A stretch of 20,852 nt of DNA from Opitutia bacterium. GTDB taxonomy: Bacteria > Verrucomicrobiota > Verrucomicrobiia > Opitutales > Seribacteraceae. Numbering within the stretch: the stretch's first letter is position 1; the number at the start of each line of letters is the position of its first letter. The position numbers and the translations under genes were made by a program. Of the stretch, positions 17,479-20,852 are shown one piece after another. The notes beneath the pieces were generated by a model, which was given only the letters and a program-made list of their open reading frames with translations, was not told the origin of the DNA and made no database searches. Location of the stretch: assembly GCA_002689665.1 (NCBI GenBank), contig NZEN01000065.1, forward strand, positions 14,009 to 34,860, written 5' to 3'.

Positions 17479-17657
17479 AATTATAAACTTATTTTTCTTG
17501 TTGTCACTGAATTCATACAGCGGAGTGATTAAATTTGTTACATATAACTTTCAACTCTAATACTTAAACCATTCCATATAGCTCAATCAACTAGAAATAG
17601 CTTAATTGCTAGTGATTGAACTTGCCTCAGCTAAATATTCTCTTCAAGTAAATAGTT
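17479..17657. promoter_or_regulatory. Divergent intergenic region expected to carry the T2SS-operon promoter (minus) and the nuoA promoter (plus)
   Basis: This 179-bp AT-rich non-coding gap lies between the first gene of the minus-strand operon (gspG) and the plus-strand nuoA. One possible minus-strand sigma70-like pair is TTGAAA (17549-17554) and TTTAAT (17528-17533) with a 15-nt spacer, which is weak. I cannot assign exact promoter elements. Confidence 0.4.
17583..17619. repeat. Imperfect inverted repeat TCAATCAaCTAG-N14-CTAGTGATTGA
   Basis: 11 complementary positions with one bulged A (17590) and a 14-nt spacer. It ends 39 nt upstream of the nuoA GTG. Confidence 0.6.
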
Positions 17658-18032
17658 GTGACCTTACCAGATTATTTACCTGTTCTAATACAAATACTCC
17701 TAGCGGTTGGCATGGGTGCGGGAATCTTGGTTGCTAGTCACATTTTCGGACAAAAAGCACGACACAGTAAAATTAAGGATTCTCCCTATGAATGTGGCCT
17801 TGCATCCGAAGTCGGAGGCGAGACCCGTTATTCGGTAAAATTTTACATCACCGCCATGCTCTTCATTCTCTTTGATATCGATGTGGTCTTCCTAATACCC
17901 TGGGTTCTCACCCACCGGGATCTGGTCGCGGCAGGTATTCCCATTTTGGGACCCATGATGTTTTTCACTTTCATCCTTGCTATTGGATTAATTTACGAAC
18001 TTAAAAGTGGTGCCCTTAAGTGGGAAAAATAG
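17658..18032 (+). CDS. nuoA: NADH-quinone oxidoreductase subunit A (NuoA/ND3 family)
   Basis: 124 aa, GTG start, three TM segments. Conserved SPYECG loop and FILFDIDVVFLIPW motif. Confidence 0.9.
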   Translation: MTLPDYLPVLIQILLAVGMGAGILVASHIFGQKARHSKIKDSPYECGLASEVGGETRYSVKFYITAMLFILFDIDVVFLIPWVLTHRDLVAAGIPILGPMMFFTFILAIGLIYELKSGALKWEK

Positions 18033-18054
18033 TTTATTTACGGTACCAACTTCT

Positions 18055-18079
18055 GAAGCCAGTGGCTTCTTTTCGTCTT
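18055..18079 (+). terminator. Candidate intrinsic terminator after nuoA
   Basis: GAAGCC-AGT-GGCTTC (6-bp stem, 3-nt loop) followed by TTTTCGTCTT, 22 nt after the nuoA stop. The stem is short, so the call is only moderately convincing. Confidence 0.4.
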
Positions 18080-18091
18080 ATCGGCTGATTT

Positions 18092-19447
18092 ATGAGAATT
18101 GATCGGTACATCTCAAATTCCCGGATTATAGATCTGTCCTCCAGAGATCTTCGATCTGCCTACTCTGAACTGATTGATACTTTCGGCACCCAATTAACCA
18201 CCCCTGCCAGTCGGAAAAAAGTGCTCAAAGAGCTAGTGGAAAGGGAAAAATCCCTTACCAGCTACATCGGGGAAGGAGTTGCCCTGCCCCATGCTCGGGT
18301 ACCGATGAAGCGGCCATACGCACTTGCTGTCGGCAGATGCCCAGCAGGTTTGACATTTGAAGGCAAGGACAGCTATGAAGACATTCGCTTTGTTTTTCTT
18401 CTTCTAGCCAACGAGAAGGCCAAAAACTATCTTTCCTTTCTCGCCGCCCTCGCCCGTGCGTTTCAGGATAATTCCGTCATGGACCAGCTATGGATGGCCC
18501 GTGACAAAAACGAATTCAAAAATGCCGTCAGGAATGCATTTGCGGAAACCGATGACCGACCTGCCCGCCGCCGAACTAAATTTAACAAGCTCCTCACCGA
18601 TGAAGCTGCCAAAATAGCTAAGGCCGCTGAGTGCTCCACCATACTTGTATTCACCGATGTCTTTCCACCGACTCTTGCTCCACGCATGACATTCCCCAAT
18701 TTCAAGGTGGTTCTTGCCGGCGAAGGGGTAACGGAAGAGGACCAGGCTCATCACCGGGCCGATGCCACCTTGGCCGTACGGGCCCTTTCCCGTTCCCGCC
18801 TTTCTCAACTTCGGGCAGCCATCCTACTGGGATTAACCCGTGAAATATTTGGATTTCAAGATCGTGTTTGCTGCGTGGGAGGGATACCCGACAGCGGACA
18901 ACTTGATACCGTATTGGTCGTGGATGTAGATGAAGAATTTGAATCAGTCATCGGACAGGGTGATGAAATGTTACCGACAGATGTGGCTGCTGAATCCCTG
19001 GAACGACTGACCGCGATTGCCACAGACTTGGCCACGGCCGGTCGCGAAGGTAAATCGATCGGTGCCATGTTTGTGCTCGGTGATCACGAAGAAGTGATTA
19101 AGCGATCCAAACAGTTGATTCTCAATCCTTTTCATGGCTACGCCGAAGAGGATCGAAATATCCTCAATCCCTTCATGGATGAAACTATCAAAGAGCTCGC
19201 CTTGATTGATGGTGCATTCATCGTACAGGGTAATGGCGTGGTCGAATCAGCCGGATGCTTAATTCAGGCAAAAGCGGACGAGATTGATCTACCCGGTGGC
19301 ATGGGTACGAGACATGCAGCTGCGGCCGCGATCACCCAGACGACGGATTCCCTCGCCCTGGTGGTATCAAGTTCCGGTCAAGTCACCTATTTCCGAAAAG
19401 GTCGCATGTTTACCCTGTTTGATAAATCCGAGGGTCGTTCCTTGTGA
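18092..19447 (+). CDS. PTS EIIA(type 2/Ntr)-like domain fused to a central alpha/beta domain and a C-terminal diadenylate cyclase (DisA_N/DAC) domain
   Basis: 451 aa. EIIA-2 pattern in aa 1-150 with the phosphorylatable-His context GEGVALPHARV (His67, nt 18290-18292). DAC pattern in aa ~300-440: GAMFVLGD, LIDGAFIV (DGA, nt 19208-19216), GMGTRHAAAAAIT (RHA, nt 19310-19318), SLALVVSSSGQVTYF. Confidence 0.8.
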   Translation: MRIDRYISNSRIIDLSSRDLRSAYSELIDTFGTQLTTPASRKKVLKELVEREKSLTSYIGEGVALPHARVPMKRPYALAVGRCPAGLTFEGKDSYEDIRFVFLLLANEKAKNYLSFLAALARAFQDNSVMDQLWMARDKNEFKNAVRNAFAETDDRPARRRTKFNKLLTDEAAKIAKAAECSTILVFTDVFPPTLAPRMTFPNFKVVLAGEGVTEEDQAHHRADATLAVRALSRSRLSQLRAAILLGLTREIFGFQDRVCCVGGIPDSGQLDTVLVVDVDEEFESVIGQGDEMLPTDVAAESLERLTAIATDLATAGREGKSIGAMFVLGDHEEVIKRSKQLILNPFHGYAEEDRNILNPFMDETIKELALIDGAFIVQGNGVVESAGCLIQAKADEIDLPGGMGTRHAAAAAITQTTDSLALVVSSSGQVTYFRKGRMFTLFDKSEGRSL

Positions 19448-19454
19448 TTCAAAT

Positions 19455-20078
19455 ATGCCCGAACCGTCCACTTATTCCACGCCCCGAATCGGTTTCTTTG
19501 GAGGAAGCTTCGACCCCATCCATCAGGGACATGTCTCGGTCGCCTTGGAAGCGGTTAAGCAATTCAACCTCCGGCAAATCCTACTCTGTCCTGCGTTCTT
19601 TGCTCCTTTGCGCGATCAAAAACCGCTTTTCTCAGCAGTCCATCGGCTCGCGATGGTTAATGCCGTGGCCCAAGAACATTCGGAGTTCGTGGCATACGAT
19701 GTGGAAATTCTCGCCCAAAAAACCTGTTTCACTTTCCATACACTGCAATCCGCACAGCAAATATACTCGCAAAGCGAAATTTTTCTCATGCTTGGAGATG
19801 ATCAATTTAACAAGTTTGATCAATGGAAATTCCATCAGGAAATTCTTGCTCAATTTCCACTCATCATTTTCAACCGAAACGGAACCAAAAATAATCAAGA
19901 TTTCTCCGAAGAATTTCCATCTGCCAAAATTCACCCTTTGGGAAATCAACGATTCCCGCATTCATCCACTGAAATCCGACAACACATCAATCAGGGCACT
20001 TGTATTTCCAGTCATGTCCCACAATCTGTTCTCGCATATATGACAAACCACCAGCTTCTTGACCATCGCGACTTATGA
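19455..20078 (+). CDS. nadD: Nicotinate-nucleotide adenylyltransferase (NadD)
   Basis: I prefer the ATG at 19455 (MPEPSTYSTPRIGFFGGSFDPIHQGH). It has the (H/T)xGH nucleotidyltransferase motif GGSFDPIHQGH and the C-terminal SSTEIR motif. The upstream part of listed ORF 19284.. overlaps the previous gene in another frame. Confidence 0.92.
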   Translation: MPEPSTYSTPRIGFFGGSFDPIHQGHVSVALEAVKQFNLRQILLCPAFFAPLRDQKPLFSAVHRLAMVNAVAQEHSEFVAYDVEILAQKTCFTFHTLQSAQQIYSQSEIFLMLGDDQFNKFDQWKFHQEILAQFPLIIFNRNGTKNNQDFSEEFPSAKIHPLGNQRFPHSSTEIRQHINQGTCISSHVPQSVLAYMTNHQLLDHRDL

Positions 20079-20449
20079 GCACCGTTCTTCCTGAGACTAA
20101 ATCCGAACTCCGCAAAAATCTTCACATCGCTTGTGAAGCTCTTCTCGACAAAAAAGCAGAAGATCTGAAATTGCTTTATTTTGGAGATAAATCTCCTCTT
20201 ACCGATTGCTTTATTATCGCAACTGGCACCTCCGACCCACACCTAAAAGCTCTCCGAAACAACCTTGAAGCGGAGCTTAAGCAAAATAAAATAGAAACCT
20301 TATCCAAAGATCGGTTTCATCCAGGTGGATGGCTCATTTTGGACGCGATCGACTTTGTAGTTCATCTCTTTTCTAAAGAGCAACGGGACAACTACGCACT
20401 TGAGCATCTCTGGAAGGATGCTGAGCAACTAACCCCCGAGGATCTTTAA
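20075..20449 (+). CDS. rsfS: Ribosome silencing factor RsfS (Iojap family)
   Basis: 124 aa. Family pattern KKAEDLKLLYF...TDCFIIATGTSDPHLKAL...GGWLILDAIDFVVHLFSKEQRDNYALEHLWKDA. ATGA overlap with nadD, and the nadD-rsfS pairing is a conserved one. Confidence 0.92.
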   Translation: MSTVLPETKSELRKNLHIACEALLDKKAEDLKLLYFGDKSPLTDCFIIATGTSDPHLKALRNNLEAELKQNKIETLSKDRFHPGGWLILDAIDFVVHLFSKEQRDNYALEHLWKDAEQLTPEDL

Positions 20450-20460
20450 TCTTTTTTGTT

Positions 20461-20499
20461 CCAAGGTCTGCATACCATTTGACCTTTGGTTTAAATTTT
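20461..20499 (+). terminator. Weak candidate terminator after rsfS
   Basis: CCAAGGTC (20461-20468) pairs with GACC(T)TTGG (20481-20489) with one bulge and a 12-nt loop, followed by TTTAAATTTT. The structure is poor. Confidence 0.25.
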
Positions 20500-20575
20500 C
20501 AAAATCTTGGTAAGGTTTGCCCAAATTTAATCATTAATTACTGAAAATATACTTTTTAAAAAAACAGCCCAATCT

Positions 20576-20852
20576 ATGACAAATCGAAGATCCTTCCTCA
20601 AACAGGCATCGTTTGCCTCCGCTCCTTTTATTTTGCCTTCCCGAATCTGGGCAGCCAAGGGTGACTCATCTCCGAACAATCGCATCAATATTGCAATCAT
20701 TGGGCCTGGAAAAATGGGACGGGGACATGCCCATAAGTTGATCCGCAATCCCCGTGCACAGGTCACTGGTTTTGCGGAAATAGCCGATATAAGGAAAAAG
20801 CATACCAAAGATCTGATTGAAAAACACTACTCCAAAAGCACCCCGGGTGACA
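20576..20852 (+). CDS. Gfo/Idh/MocA-family oxidoreductase with twin-arginine (TAT) signal, 3'-truncated by the window edge
   Basis: Not in the ORF track because it is open-ended. My own translation from ATG 20576 gives MTNRRSFLKQASFASAPFILPSRIWAAKGDSSPNNRINIAIIGPGKMGRGHAHKLIRNPRAQVTGFAEIAD... This shows an RRSFLK TAT motif and then the Rossmann motif IAIIGPGKMG. Confidence 0.8.
   Translation, partial: MTNRRSFLKQASFASAPFILPSRIWAAKGDSSPNNRINIAIIGPGKMGRGHAHKLIRNPRAQVTGFAEIADIRKKHTKDLIEKHYSKSTPGD

Noticed and set aside
17480-17485. Perfect TATAAT hexamer (minus strand) one nucleotide upstream of the gspG ATG
   Set aside because: It is too close to the start codon to act as the -10 element for this gene, because transcription would begin inside the ORF. 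It is most likely just AT-rich leader sequence.
19284-19454. N-terminal 57 codons of listed ORF 19284..20078
   Set aside because: It overlaps the conserved DAC domain of the upstream gene in another frame. NadD homology (GGSFDPIHQGH about 20 aa from the start) begins right after the ATG at 19455.
141-20242. About 30 short ORFs (61-145 aa) from the six-frame track nested within or antisense to the long genes, e.g. 141..428-, 525..836-, 1513..1749-, 5358..5627+, 7603..7902+, 8546..8983+, 11078..11311+, 12613..12948+, 18463..18808-, 19444..20043+ and 19632..19961-
   Set aside because: Each lies fully inside a longer ORF with strong family signatures. Their translations are low-complexity or compositionally odd and carry no motifs I recognise. 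They are treated as frame shadows.
20527-20808. Listed 93-aa minus-strand ORF at the right edge of the window
   Set aside because: The plus strand in the same place reads as a convincing TAT-signal (RRSFLK) plus Rossmann (IAIIGPGKMG) Gfo/Idh/MocA N-terminus running off the window. The minus ORF has no recognisable features and is best explained as an antisense shadow.
1-20852. Search for CRISPR arrays, tRNA/rRNA genes, IS elements, integrases, toxin-antitoxin pairs or defence-island signatures
   Set aside because: The window is more than 95% occupied by the protein-coding genes listed. No regularly spaced direct repeats, cloverleaf-like segments, transposase- or recombinase-like ORFs or terminal inverted repeats were seen by eye. 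An undetected small RNA in the 179-bp (17479-17657) or 126-bp (20450-20575) gaps cannot be excluded.

Overview
This is an almost fully coding, AT-rich chromosomal window from a diderm bacterium. Gene content loosely suggests the PVC superphylum (Verrucomicrobiota-like), but that is low confidence and cannot be verified without a search. Plus-strand housekeeping genes flank both sides. On the left are a 5'-truncated DAACS/GltP-type symporter, uvrB and a DUF2807/GIN-domain membrane protein. On the right are a stand-alone nuoA, an EIIA-DAC fusion protein, nadD, rsfS and a 3'-truncated TAT-signal Gfo/Idh/MocA oxidoreductase. The centre (about 4812-17478, minus strand) is one tightly packed, translationally coupled type II secretion (T2SS)-like operon in a non-canonical order: gspG-H-I-J-K, a GspL-like gene, a GspM-like gene, secretin gspD, a proline-rich PilP/GspC-HR-like gene, gspE and gspF. 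A MORN-repeat lipoprotein follows 6 nt after gspF, and an MBL-fold hydrolase may end the unit. Three things stand out most. First, the GspE ATPase has its usual GspL-docking N-terminus replaced by a low-complexity tract plus a complete CheY-like receiver domain. Second, the operon contains divergent accessory proteins, the co-transcribed MORN lipoprotein and a 17-bp intercistronic stem-loop that is fully paired only in the operon-sense RNA. Third, a three-part protein joins a PTS EIIA(Ntr)-like domain to a diadenylate cyclase (DAC) domain carrying RHA in place of the canonical RHR motif. I recognised no tRNA, rRNA, CRISPR array, transposase or integrase.
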